26,152 nt of DNA, taken from assembly GCA_027021705.1 (NCBI GenBank), contig JALUTT010000137.1, forward strand, positions 1 through 26,152, read 5' to 3'. Within the stretch, counting starts at the first letter, position 1. Each line of letters starts with the position of its first letter. The DNA is from Anaerolineae bacterium. Lineage in GTDB: Bacteria; Chloroflexota; Anaerolineae; S140-20. The translations under genes and the position numbers were made by a program. The notes under the pieces were generated by a model. It had not been told where the DNA came from. It did no database searches and was given only the letters and a program-made list of their open reading frames with translations. Shown here piece by piece: positions 17,971 to 26,152 of the stretch.

Positions 17971-20432
17971 TACTTTCCTCCTCTCCCGATTCTGGTGACA
18001 GAAGCGACCCGATCTCCTTCTTGCAGGCGGATGAGCTGCCCGCCCCGGGTGGCCCGGCCCATCCGCGGGATGGAGGCGACCTTCGTGCGCAGGGCGATCC
18101 CCTGCTGGGTGATGACCAACACCTCGTCCTCGGGCCGGACGACCAAAGCGGCCACAATGGGGCCGGTCCGCTGCTGGTTGGCGGCGTAGGTGCGCACCCC
18201 CTTCCCGTAGCGCCCGCGCGTGGGGTAGGCCCCCAACGGCGTCCGCTTCCCGAAGCCCCCGGCGGTGACGACCAACAGCTCGGCCTCCGGCGACTCGACC
18301 ACAGCCGCACCGACCACCTCATCTCCCGGCTCCAGCCGGATGGCGTTGACACCGGCCGCCGTCCGCCCCATTGGACGCGCCTCCGTCTCCGGGAAGCGCA
18401 GCGCCTGCCCTCGTGCCGTCACCACCACGATCTCCTGATCCCCGCCCGTCAGCCCGGCCCAGATCAGGTGATCCCCCTCGGCCAGGCTGATGGCGATGAG
18501 GCCGCTGGGCCGAACGGTGGCGAACTCGGCCAGGGCGACCCGCTTGATCATCCCCTGGCGGGTGACCATCGTCAGGTAGCGCTGCCCGTCCTCCGAGGGC
18601 CGCCGACCGTTGCCCGGCACCGCCACCACCGCTGTCACCTGCTCCCCCGGCTCCAGCGCGATCACGTTGACCAGGGGGATGCCCCGCGCCTGCCGGCCCA
18701 CGTCGGGCAGTTGGTAGACCCGCTCCTGGTAGACCTTTCCCCGGTCGGTGAAGAAGAGCAGGCTGTCCAGCGAGTTGGCCGTCAGCAGGTGGGCGACGGC
18801 GTCTTCCTCCCGCGTCGCCATCCCCGTCACCCCCCGGCCACCGCGCCCCTGGGCCCGGTAGGTGCGGGCCGAGACCCGCTTGACGTAGCCCCGGCTGGTG
18901 ATGGAGACGACGACCTCCTCCTCCGGCACCAAGTCCTCCTCGGAAAAGGCCTCCGTCGCGTCCACGGCGATGTGGGTTCGACGGGGATCGCCGTAGGTCT
19001 CCTTCAGCCGCTCCATCTCCTCCCGGATCAGGTGGAGGACCTTGCGGGGGTTGGCCAGCAGGTCTTCCAAGTAGGCGATGCGGCGGATGGTCTCCTCGTA
19101 CTCTTCCTCGAGTTTGCGCCGCTCCAGCGCGGCCAGCCGGCGCAGCGGCAGGTCCAGGATCGCCTGGGCCTGCACCTCCGTCAGGTCGAAGCGGGCCATC
19201 AGCCGCTCCCGGGCCGTCTCGGCGTCGGGCGACTCCCGGATGAGGGCGATGACCTCATCCAGGAAGTCAAGGGCGAGGCGCAATCCTTCCAGGATGTGGG
19301 CCCGCCGCTGAGCCTTCTCCAGCTCGAAGCGGCTGCGACGGGTGATCACCTCCCGGCGGTGCTCGATGAAGACCAGCAGCGCCCGCTTGAGGGAGAGCAG
19401 GCGGGGCTCGCCGTCCACCAGGGCCAGGAGCTGAACGCCAAAGGTGGTCTGCAAGGGGGTGTACTTGAAGAGCCGGTTGAGGGCCTTGCGGGGTTGCGTG
19501 CCCCGCTTCAGCTCGATGATCAGGCTGATGCCCCGCCGGTCCGACTCATCCCGCAGGTCGCTGATCTCGTCCAGCCGGCCACTGCGCACCAGGGCCGCGA
19601 TCCGCTCGATGAGGGAGGACTTGTTGACCTGGTAGGGGATCTCGGTGACGACGATGCGGTGGCGGTTTCCCCGCATCTCCTCGATGTGGGCCACCGCCCG
19701 CACGACCACCCGCCCTCGGCCCGTGGCGTAGGCGTTGATGATCCCCTCCCGCCCAACGATGATGCCACCGGTGGGGAAGTCGGGGCCTTGGATGAACTGC
19801 ATCAGCTCCTCAACCGTCACCTCCTCCCGCTCCTCCCACCGCTCGATCAGGTAGACCAGCGCCTCCGCCACCTCCCCCAGGTTGTGGGGCGGAATGTTCG
19901 TCGCCATCCCCACCGCAATCCCCGATGCCCCGTTCACCAGCAGGTTCGGCAACACCGCCGGCAGCACCGCCGGCTCCCGCAGCGTCCCGTCGAAGTTCTC
20001 CACAAAGTCTACCGTCGCCTTCTCCAGGTCCGCCAGCATCTCCTCGGCGATGGGCGCCAGCCGCGCCTCCGTGTACCGCATCGCCGCCGGGTTGTCCCCG
20101 TCCACCGAGCCGAAGTTCCCCTGCCCGTCCACCAGCGGGTAGCGCAGCGAGAAGTCCTGAGCCATCCGGGCCATCGCCTCGTAGACCGCCTGGTCGCCGT
20201 GGGGGTGGTACTTCCCCAGCACCTCTCCCACGATGCGGGCGCTCTTCTTGTAGGGGGTGCCGGGGCGCAGCCCCATATCGTGCATCGCGTAGAGGATGCG
20301 CCGCTGGACCGGCTTGAGCCCATCCCGGGCGTCGGGCAGCGCCCGCGCCACGATGACGCTCATCGCGTAGTCCAGGTAGGACCCTCGCATTTCTTCTTCG
20401 ATGTCTATTTTGTGGACTGCCTCTTGCACCAA
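17970..20432 (-). CDS. gyrA: DNA gyrase subunit A
   Basis: [22 protein letters not shown], catalytic AAMRYTE, GyrA-box QGRGGRG and beta-pinwheel repeats; TTG start after GGAGG. Confidence 0.96.
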   Translation of the reverse strand: MVQEAVHKIDIEEEMRGSYLDYAMSVIVARALPDARDGLKPVQRRILYAMHDMGLRPGTPYKKSARIVGEVLGKYHPHGDQAVYEAMARMAQDFSLRYPLVDGQGNFGSVDGDNPAAMRYTEARLAPIAEEMLADLEKATVDFVENFDGTLREPAVLPAVLPNLLVNGASGIAVGMATNIPPHNLGEVAEALVYLIERWEEREEVTVEELMQFIQGPDFPTGGIIVGREGIINAYATGRGRVVVRAVAHIEEMRGNRHRIVVTEIPYQVNKSSLIERIAALVRSGRLDEISDLRDESDRRGISLIIELKRGTQPRKALNRLFKYTPLQTTFGVQLLALVDGEPRLLSLKRALLVFIEHRREVITRRSRFELEKAQRRAHILEGLRLALDFLDEVIALIRESPDAETARERLMARFDLTEVQAQAILDLPLRRLAALERRKLEEEYEETIRRIAYLEDLLANPRKVLHLIREEMERLKETYGDPRRTHIAVDATEAFSEEDLVPEEEVVVSITSRGYVKRVSARTYRAQGRGGRGVTGMATREEDAVAHLLTANSLDSLLFFTDRGKVYQERVYQLPDVGRQARGIPLVNVIALEPGEQVTAVVAVPGNGRRPSEDGQRYLTMVTRQGMIKRVALAEFATVRPSGLIAISLAEGDHLIWAGLTGGDQEIVVVTARGQALRFPETEARPMGRTAAGVNAIRLEPGDEVVGAAVVESPEAELLVVTAGGFGKRTPLGAYPTRGRYGKGVRTYAANQQRTGPIVAALVVRPEDEVLVITQQGIALRTKVASIPRMGRATRGGQLIRLQEGDRVASVTRIGRGGK

Positions 20433-20470
20433 CGTGACCTCCCTAGGATCAAGAATCCGCGAACAAAAGG

Positions 20471-20476
20471 ATTATA
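20471..20476 (-). promoter_or_regulatory. Possible -10 element for gyrA
   Basis: TATAAT on the minus strand about 40 nt upstream of the start; the nearest TTGATT is only 14 nt away, so there is no properly spaced -35. Confidence 0.4.
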
Positions 20477-20560
20477 CCCCAGAACGGGGGAATCAACGAG
20501 TATCGCAACACAGAGCCCCCACCACACCCGACGCAGCCCGCAACAGACGATCACACCCAT

Positions 20561-20589
20561 TTGCCACTTGGAAACAAAGGTTGTATAAT
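20561..20589 (+). promoter_or_regulatory. sigma70-type promoter for the LCP gene
   Basis: TTGCCA (20561-20566), 17 nt, TATAAT (20584-20589). Confidence 0.75.
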
Positions 20590-20647
20590 TCGCCCCAGTT
20601 TTGGATGCTGTAACGGATATGGCAACGTTGACCCTGGAGCGTGTGAT

Positions 20648-22258
20648 ATGCGGAGGAAGCAGCGGCTGAACGGTTTGCTGGGGGGAGTTCTATTAGCAGG
20701 TCTCCTGGTTGGCCTCTCCATAAGCACTTACGAAGCCCTGCAAAAAGGCATTCCCGCCGCCTGGGTGGTCGAGACGGTGACCTCCTCTCCCACCGTCTCA
20801 CCGACCGCTTTGCCCACACAGACAGCAACGCTCACCCCCACTTCTACCTCCACTTCCACCCCACTGCCCACCTCTACCCCAACACCCTCGCCCACCCACA
20901 AGCCCGCGCCAACGGCAACGCCCACGCCATCCTCCACCCCGACGGAGACGCCGACCTTCACACCACCACCTCCTCCCCGGCTCCCCACACCTCTTCCCAT
21001 TGCCACGTCCTCCGCCAGTCCCACACCCGACGTGACGGCCATCCCCACGCCGGTTCCCCTGATCCCCAGCCCACCGGAGGCGGTTAACATCGTGCTCTTG
21101 GGGACGGATACCAGCGCCGGCAACGGCGCTTGGCGCACCGACACCATCATTGTGGTCAGCGTGGACCCCACCGGCCCCTCGGTCAGCATGCTCTCCATCC
21201 CCCGAGACCTCTTCGTCTACATCCCCGGCTACAGGATGCAGCGGATCAACGTGGCCGACGGCTGGGGGGAGCGGGTGAAGTACCCGGGGGGAGGCGCCGG
21301 GCTGATCAAGCAGACACTGGAGTACAACCTGGGCATCCGCGTCCACTACTACGCTCGCGTGAACTTCGACGGCTTCAAGAAGATTGTGGACACCTTGGGG
21401 GGGATAGACGTGGTGGTGGATTGCCCCCTCAACGACACCTTCCCCGATCCTGACGCCCCGGAGGGGAAGACCGACATAGACCTCACGCCGGGCGTCCACC
21501 ATATGGACGGGAAGCTGGCCCTGTGGTATGCTCGCTCTCGCTGGAACACCAGCGACTTCGACCGCGCCCGCCGTCAGCAGCGGGTCTTGCGGGCCATCTG
21601 GGCCAAGGTACGGGACCTGGGGCTGCTGGGGAAGTTGCCCGACTTATGGGACGACCTCCAGCAGACGGTTCAGACCGACCTGACGCTGGAGAACCTCCTC
21701 TGGCTGGCCTCCATCGGGGCGCAATTGGACACGGAGACGGCCATCAAGAGCCGCTTCATTGACACACGCTCCGGCGCGCTGAAGTCGTGGACGACGCCTG
21801 AAGGGGCTTACGTGCTGTTGCCCATCTACGACAAACTCTCCCCCCTCATCGCCGAGGCGCTGGCGCCGCCGGCCAGCAACCGCGCCTTCCAGGGCTGGGC
21901 CCGGGTGGAAGTGCTCAACGGCACGACGTGGCAGGATTGGGGCATCCTGGCGGCCGATCGGCTCCTCTGGGAGGGGTTCGAGGTGGCAGGGATCGGCGAG
22001 GCTGAGGAGAAGAACGTCCAGCGGACACGGATCGTGGACTACACGACCAGCCCCAAGGGATCTCCCATAGGGCGGCTGATGCGCCTCTTCCGGGTTCGTC
22101 AGGGGGACGTGATCGCCCGACCGGGCGAGCGGGACGACGTGGACTTCCAGATCATCGTCGGCTACAACTACAACCCCTGCTATCGAGCCTGGAGGGCGCC
22201 GACGCCCACTCCCACGCCCACCCCCACGCCGACGCTGAGGCCGGCGGTGAAGCCCTGA
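20648..22258 (+). CDS. LytR-CpsA-Psr (LCP) family protein with TM anchor, Pro/Thr stalk and LytR_C-like domain
   Basis: NIVLLGTD, RTDTIIVV, LSIPRDL, VDTLGGIDV, ALWYARSR, SDFDRARRQQ; C-terminal VEVLNGT...FQIIVG. ATG 20648 has a GGAG upstream, while the track start 20561 lies in the promoter. Confidence 0.92.
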   Translation: MRRKQRLNGLLGGVLLAGLLVGLSISTYEALQKGIPAAWVVETVTSSPTVSPTALPTQTATLTPTSTSTSTPLPTSTPTPSPTHKPAPTATPTPSSTPTETPTFTPPPPPRLPTPLPIATSSASPTPDVTAIPTPVPLIPSPPEAVNIVLLGTDTSAGNGAWRTDTIIVVSVDPTGPSVSMLSIPRDLFVYIPGYRMQRINVADGWGERVKYPGGGAGLIKQTLEYNLGIRVHYYARVNFDGFKKIVDTLGGIDVVVDCPLNDTFPDPDAPEGKTDIDLTPGVHHMDGKLALWYARSRWNTSDFDRARRQQRVLRAIWAKVRDLGLLGKLPDLWDDLQQTVQTDLTLENLLWLASIGAQLDTETAIKSRFIDTRSGALKSWTTPEGAYVLLPIYDKLSPLIAEALAPPASNRAFQGWARVEVLNGTTWQDWGILAADRLLWEGFEVAGIGEAEEKNVQRTRIVDYTTSPKGSPIGRLMRLFRVRQGDVIARPGERDDVDFQIIVGYNYNPCYRAWRAPTPTPTPTPTPTLRPAVKP

Positions 22259-22284
22259 GACTCCTCCAAGCTCCAACCCAGACC

Positions 22285-24237
22285 CTAAGGCGGGGCGGTG
22301 CGCGTCGGTCCGGTGAAGATCGCAGCAGGCCCGCCGTCCACCGTAAACCAGAGGGTCGCATCATTGGGCGGCGAACTAAAGCCAAAGTAGAGCCGGGCGG
22401 TCCAGGTCGTCCCCACCTCGCTGCTCAGGACCGAATAGTTGCCGCCTCCCGTGGAACGGGTCTGGTTGTTCCCGGAGAGCTCGCTGTCCGGCACCGTCAG
22501 GTCCCGCACCGGCGTGCGCAGCAGGAAGGTCCCTCCCTGGATGGGACTGAAGTCCAAGTCGAAGTTGAACTGGCGAAAATTGGTTGCCCCGCTGGGGACA
22601 TAGGGGTAGAGCAGCAACGCATCCTGTTCCTGGGTGGGCACCGACACCGTCCATGAGAAGGCGAAGATACGGGCTCCGGCCGGCGCCGTGTTGGTGAGCG
22701 GGCTGGTGCTCAACGCCACCTGGTAGTGATTCCCATCGTCGCCGTTCACCCCTTGCACGCTCAGCTTGAAGACCCGGCGTCCATTCACCAACTCCCCCTG
22801 TCCCCGGGTGATGGGGAAGGTGTACCAGTTCTGCTCCCAGGCCGCATCGGCACCGAATACGGCGGCCGTGATCTCGACCCCCGAAGTAATCCCCACCGTT
22901 GGCGTCACAGTCCGGGCATCAGGATGGGTGTAGGCTCCGCTCCCTCCGTAGACGCCGAAACGGGTCATCGTGTCCCAGAACCCATTGGACCCCTGCTCGT
23001 CTGTGCTCTCACCTCCTCCCCCTCCCCCAACATCGGGGTCGAAGATACGGATGTAGAGAGGGTCGTTGGGCGGACCGTCGGGCAGGTCGAGGAAGAGAAC
23101 CTGGACAAAATCATTGTCCCCATCGCTGGTGACGGCATTGCTCCCAAAGGTGACCACCGTAGCCACCTCCGAGGCGAAGGTGGTCGTAGGATGCTGAGGG
23201 GCTGTCACCAGAAAGCTCAGGAAGGGATCGCTGGTGCCAATACCGGGATCGGTCACCCGCACAGCGTAGACGCCTGGCTCCAGGCGGGTGGAGACAAAGC
23301 CCGTGAGCACGTCCACACTGTTGAGGGCGAAGTCGGTGATGGTCACGGGGATGCTCTCCCCCAGCGTCGCCGTCGCACCGGGGATGAAGTTCAGGCCGGT
23401 GATCACCACCGTCATCGTCACAGGCAGCCCACTGGGTACCTGGGTCATCGTCTCCGGCAGGATCCCTAGGACGACAGGGGTGGGCACCGGCGTGAAGGTG
23501 GGGGTGGCCGTCGGCGTTGAGGTCGCGGTAGGCGTCGGTGTAGCCGTGGGTGTGGATGTCGCCGTTGGGGTGGGTGTGAAGGTATCCGTCGGTGGGACCG
23601 GGGTGTCGGTGGGGGTTGGCGGTGGCGGTGGCGTCGGAGATGGAGGCGTGGGCGTGGATGTGGGCGATGGGATCATAGTGAACGTAGGCGATGCCGTCGG
23701 GGTAGCCGTCGCCGTTGGCGTGGGCGTCGGCGAAGGCGTCGAGGTGGGGGTAAGGGTGGGCGTCGGTGTGGAGGTACCGGTCGGCGTGCTGGTGGCCGTA
23801 GGGGTGATCGCTTCCTCGGCAGTAGGTGAAGGCATCGGGATCGGCGTAGGGGTTGAGGTCGGTTGGGGAGAAAGAACCGCCACCGGTGTCCCCACCGCTG
23901 TGGGCAAGGGGCTCACCTGGATGATCGGGATCGGTGTCCCCGGTGTTCCCTGCTGGGTGGGGATGGGGCGGTCCCGGGCGATCTCCGTGAGGATGCCGGG
24001 GTAAGCGGCGGGGAAAGTGAGGGGGACGGTCTGTTCACTGTAGTCCGCCGTCCTACCCACGAAGGTGGGGACGATCGGAATGGGACGTGCGGCCATCTCC
24101 ATCGCCACCTGGGCGACCAAGAAGAGGCAGAGGAAGAGCCCTAACAGGATCAAAAGCAGCAGGAGGAGCCGGCGGGACCGCGAACCCTGTTCCCGCTCCT
24201 CCTGGGGGGGATCCTGAGGAGGAGACCCACTGGTCAT
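22285..24237 (-). CDS. Membrane-anchored surface protein: N-terminal TM, long Pro/Thr stalk, IPT/TIG-like domain, uncharacterised C-terminal beta-rich domain
   Basis: Leu-rich TM after RSRR; about 150 aa of TPT repeats; VITGLNFIPGATATLG...PGVYAVRVTDP; acidic motifs SDGDNDF, YIRIFDPDVGG, GDDGNHY. Confidence 0.8.
   Translation of the reverse strand: MTSGSPPQDPPQEEREQGSRSRRLLLLLLILLGLFLCLFLVAQVAMEMAARPIPIVPTFVGRTADYSEQTVPLTFPAAYPGILTEIARDRPIPTQQGTPGTPIPIIQVSPLPTAVGTPVAVLSPQPTSTPTPIPMPSPTAEEAITPTATSTPTGTSTPTPTLTPTSTPSPTPTPTATATPTASPTFTMIPSPTSTPTPPSPTPPPPPTPTDTPVPPTDTFTPTPTATSTPTATPTPTATSTPTATPTFTPVPTPVVLGILPETMTQVPSGLPVTMTVVITGLNFIPGATATLGESIPVTITDFALNSVDVLTGFVSTRLEPGVYAVRVTDPGIGTSDPFLSFLVTAPQHPTTTFASEVATVVTFGSNAVTSDGDNDFVQVLFLDLPDGPPNDPLYIRIFDPDVGGGGGGESTDEQGSNGFWDTMTRFGVYGGSGAYTHPDARTVTPTVGITSGVEITAAVFGADAAWEQNWYTFPITRGQGELVNGRRVFKLSVQGVNGDDGNHYQVALSTSPLTNTAPAGARIFAFSWTVSVPTQEQDALLLYPYVPSGATNFRQFNFDLDFSPIQGGTFLLRTPVRDLTVPDSELSGNNQTRSTGGGNYSVLSSEVGTTWTARLYFGFSSPPNDATLWFTVDGGPAAIFTGPTRTAPP
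23470..23870 (-). repeat. Low-complexity Pro/Thr coding repeats
   Basis: Degenerate TPTPT/TATST runs; similar tracts at about 20780-21060 and 22197-22235 in the LCP gene. Confidence 0.8.
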
Positions 24238-24261
24238 AAGGCAGCCATCCTTGTCGCCGCT

Positions 24262-26152
24262 TTAGGCTTGTGTGATGCTTGCGCCGCTATCTATGGGCAG
24301 GGCGAAACGGAACGTGCTTCCCTTCCCCAGTTCACTCTCCACCCAGATGCGCCCGCCGTGCATCTCGACAATGGACTTGGCTACGTAGAGACCCAACCCG
24401 ACCCCCCGCACATCCACGGTACGATCGAGGCTGGCCCGAAAGAAGCGCGTGAAGAGGTGCCGGCGATCCTCAGGAGCGATCCCCACGCCGGTATCTGCGA
24501 CTTCGACGATGACCTCATGGTTGTTGCAGTAGACGCGAACGTGGACCTCTCCTCCCGGACGGGTGTAATCGTAGGCGTTCTTCACCAGGTGCAGAAGCGC
24601 CCAGCGCAGGCGGCGCTCATCCCCCACGAGAATCGGGATGGCCTCCTCAGTCTCCACGGAGATGGCGATCCCTTTCTCCTCGAAGCGGGGGGCCCACTCC
24701 TCTACCACCTGCTCCACCATCGTATCAATGGCGAAGGGTTCCTGGCGCAGCCCCAGGGTACCCGCCTCCAGTTGGGTGAAGTCCAGGAGCTCGGTGATCA
24801 TCTCCACCAGCGTGTCGGCGTGGCGGCTGATGGTCTCCAGGAATTCCCGTTGCTGACGGTTCAGGTCCCGCCCGATGACCGCCTTCAGCAGCAGTTCACT
24901 GTACCCCTTGATCGCTGTCAGCGGAGTCTTCAGTTCGTGGGAGACCTGAGCGATGAATTCGTCCTTTAGGCGGTCTACTTCGGCCTCCCGGGTAATGTCC
25001 CGCATGATGACCACGTTGCCCAGCCGCTCCCCATCAGCCGTGTAGACAGGGGAGGTCCGGCTGGCGATCACCTTGTCCCCGATGCGGAAGCGGCGCTCCT
25101 CCCACGGCGTCACCCCCCGCTGCGAGGCCGGCCCCGAGGAGATCTCCTGGAGAGGTCCCATCTCGGCGAACTCCTCCGAGAGCTGCCCGATCAGGTCCTG
25201 GGCCGCCTGATTCATCAGGATGATCTGCCCATTCTGGTCCTCCACCAGGACCCCATCGGCGATGCTGGCCAGGATCGCCTGGACCTTGCTGGCCTCCTCC
25301 CGCTGCTGCTTCAGCAGCGCCTCCAGCTCCCGCGTCCGCTCCTCCAGCTTCGCCGTCATCTCGTCGAAGGTGGCCGCCAGCGTCCCAATCTCATCGTCCG
25401 TCCGAATCCCCGTCCGCTGCTCCAGGTCCCCCTCGGCCACCGCCTGCGAGACCCGCACCAACTGGAGGATGGGAACGATGATCCGCCGGGAGACGGCGTA
25501 GCCAATGGCGATGACCCCCAACACCGCCAGGGTGAAGATCACCGTAAGCTGCCAGCGACTGGTGGCCCCCGTCGTCAGGATCAGATCCCGGGGCAGCGCC
25601 ACCGCCAGCACCCCCAGCGTCACTCCCCGCATCCGCAGGGGGAAGTAGAGCTGGGTGTAGGAACGCCCTCCCACGGAGACGATCCCCTCCGGCCACTTCT
25701 CCGCTGTCAGCGCTCGCTGGACCAGCGGCTGCAGACTCTCCAGGTCCTGCGCCGGCGGCTCCGGAAAGGTCGAAGCGACCACCTCACCCTTCTCGTTGTA
25801 GAAGGTGAGGTTGGCGACCGCCTTCTCCCGCAACTGGGTCAGCAGGTAGCGCATCCGGGTCCCCGATAGCACTGCCCCCACGGGAGCGCCATCGGGGTCC
25901 CCTCCCTCCCGCACCGGCCCGGCGAAGAAGAGGACGATCTCCCCTCGTTCCCCGAACTGGACGAGCCCCACCCGCCAGACGCCCAGCAAATCCGCCTCCC
26001 CCTGAAGGACCTTGCGCACGAAGGAGGTGTTGGTCAGGCTGATGGGGCCTACCGCCGGCAGTACGCGCAGCTCTGCTCGCTGGACCGGGTCTCGCTCGTA
26101 GCCCAGCACCAGTTCACCCTGCTCGTCCAGGAAGAGGATGTAGCTCTCGCCG
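24262..26152 (-). CDS. Membrane sensor histidine kinase (extracellular domain-TM-HAMP-PAS-HisKA-HATPase); 5' end outside the window
   Basis: HAMP PILQL...GDL...DEIGTLAATFDEM; PAS-like SIADGVLV; H-box VSHELKTPL; DTGVGI, FTRFFR, GVGLGL. The frame stays open past 26109 (GESYILFLDEQGELVLG) to the window edge. Confidence 0.93.
   Translation of the reverse strand, partial: GESYILFLDEQGELVLGYERDPVQRAELRVLPAVGPISLTNTSFVRKVLQGEADLLGVWRVGLVQFGERGEIVLFFAGPVREGGDPDGAPVGAVLSGTRMRYLLTQLREKAVANLTFYNEKGEVVASTFPEPPAQDLESLQPLVQRALTAEKWPEGIVSVGGRSYTQLYFPLRMRGVTLGVLAVALPRDLILTTGATSRWQLTVIFTLAVLGVIAIGYAVSRRIIVPILQLVRVSQAVAEGDLEQRTGIRTDDEIGTLAATFDEMTAKLEERTRELEALLKQQREEASKVQAILASIADGVLVEDQNGQIILMNQAAQDLIGQLSEEFAEMGPLQEISSGPASQRGVTPWEERRFRIGDKVIASRTSPVYTADGERLGNVVIMRDITREAEVDRLKDEFIAQVSHELKTPLTAIKGYSELLLKAVIGRDLNRQQREFLETISRHADTLVEMITELLDFTQLEAGTLGLRQEPFAIDTMVEQVVEEWAPRFEEKGIAISVETEEAIPILVGDERRLRWALLHLVKNAYDYTRPGGEVHVRVYCNNHEVIVEVADTGVGIAPEDRRHLFTRFFRASLDRTVDVRGVGLGLYVAKSIVEMHGGRIWVESELGKGSTFRFALPIDSGASITQA

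Noticed and set aside
17970..20432. parC instead of gyrA
   Set aside because: An intact GyrA-box (QGRGGRG) and a full C-terminal domain are present.
18021..20588. 855-aa plus-strand ORF and similar long antisense ORFs (e.g. 9054-10589, 12233-13306, 15137-16168)
   Set aside because: They lie opposite well-supported genes and have shadow-frame composition.

Overview
GC-rich bacterial chromosomal window. Gene content (fused GlyQS, fused NuoCD, Pro/Thr-stalked LCP and surface proteins) suggests Chloroflexota, Anaerolineae-like; this is inference, not a search result. Left to right: a KAP-family P-loop NTPase with HEAT repeats on the minus strand, missed by the ORF track because it runs off the window; divergent glyQS; a cNMP-binding/double-bPH membrane protein coupled to def; a nuoB-nuoCD-nuoI-mrp-ricT-cls run behind a ~200-nt structured leader; a convergent minus-strand block of gyrA, DUF5674-like gene, small helical partner, DUF433/DUF5615 toxin-antitoxin pair and an AlbA_2-HATPase-wHTH protein; an LCP protein; a Pro/Thr-stalked surface protein; and a partial HAMP-PAS histidine kinase. 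The most unusual signals are (1) imperfect palindromes built from spaced nnCGRAT units with GCYRTC ends, found as an 'empty' element after glyQS and between the small accessory modules downstream of gyrA, (2) the structured nuoB leader, (3) a complex I Q-module operon with no membrane-arm or NADH-module genes, and (4) a possible two-gene DUF5674 module translationally coupled to gyrA. All family names come from motif recognition, not database searches.
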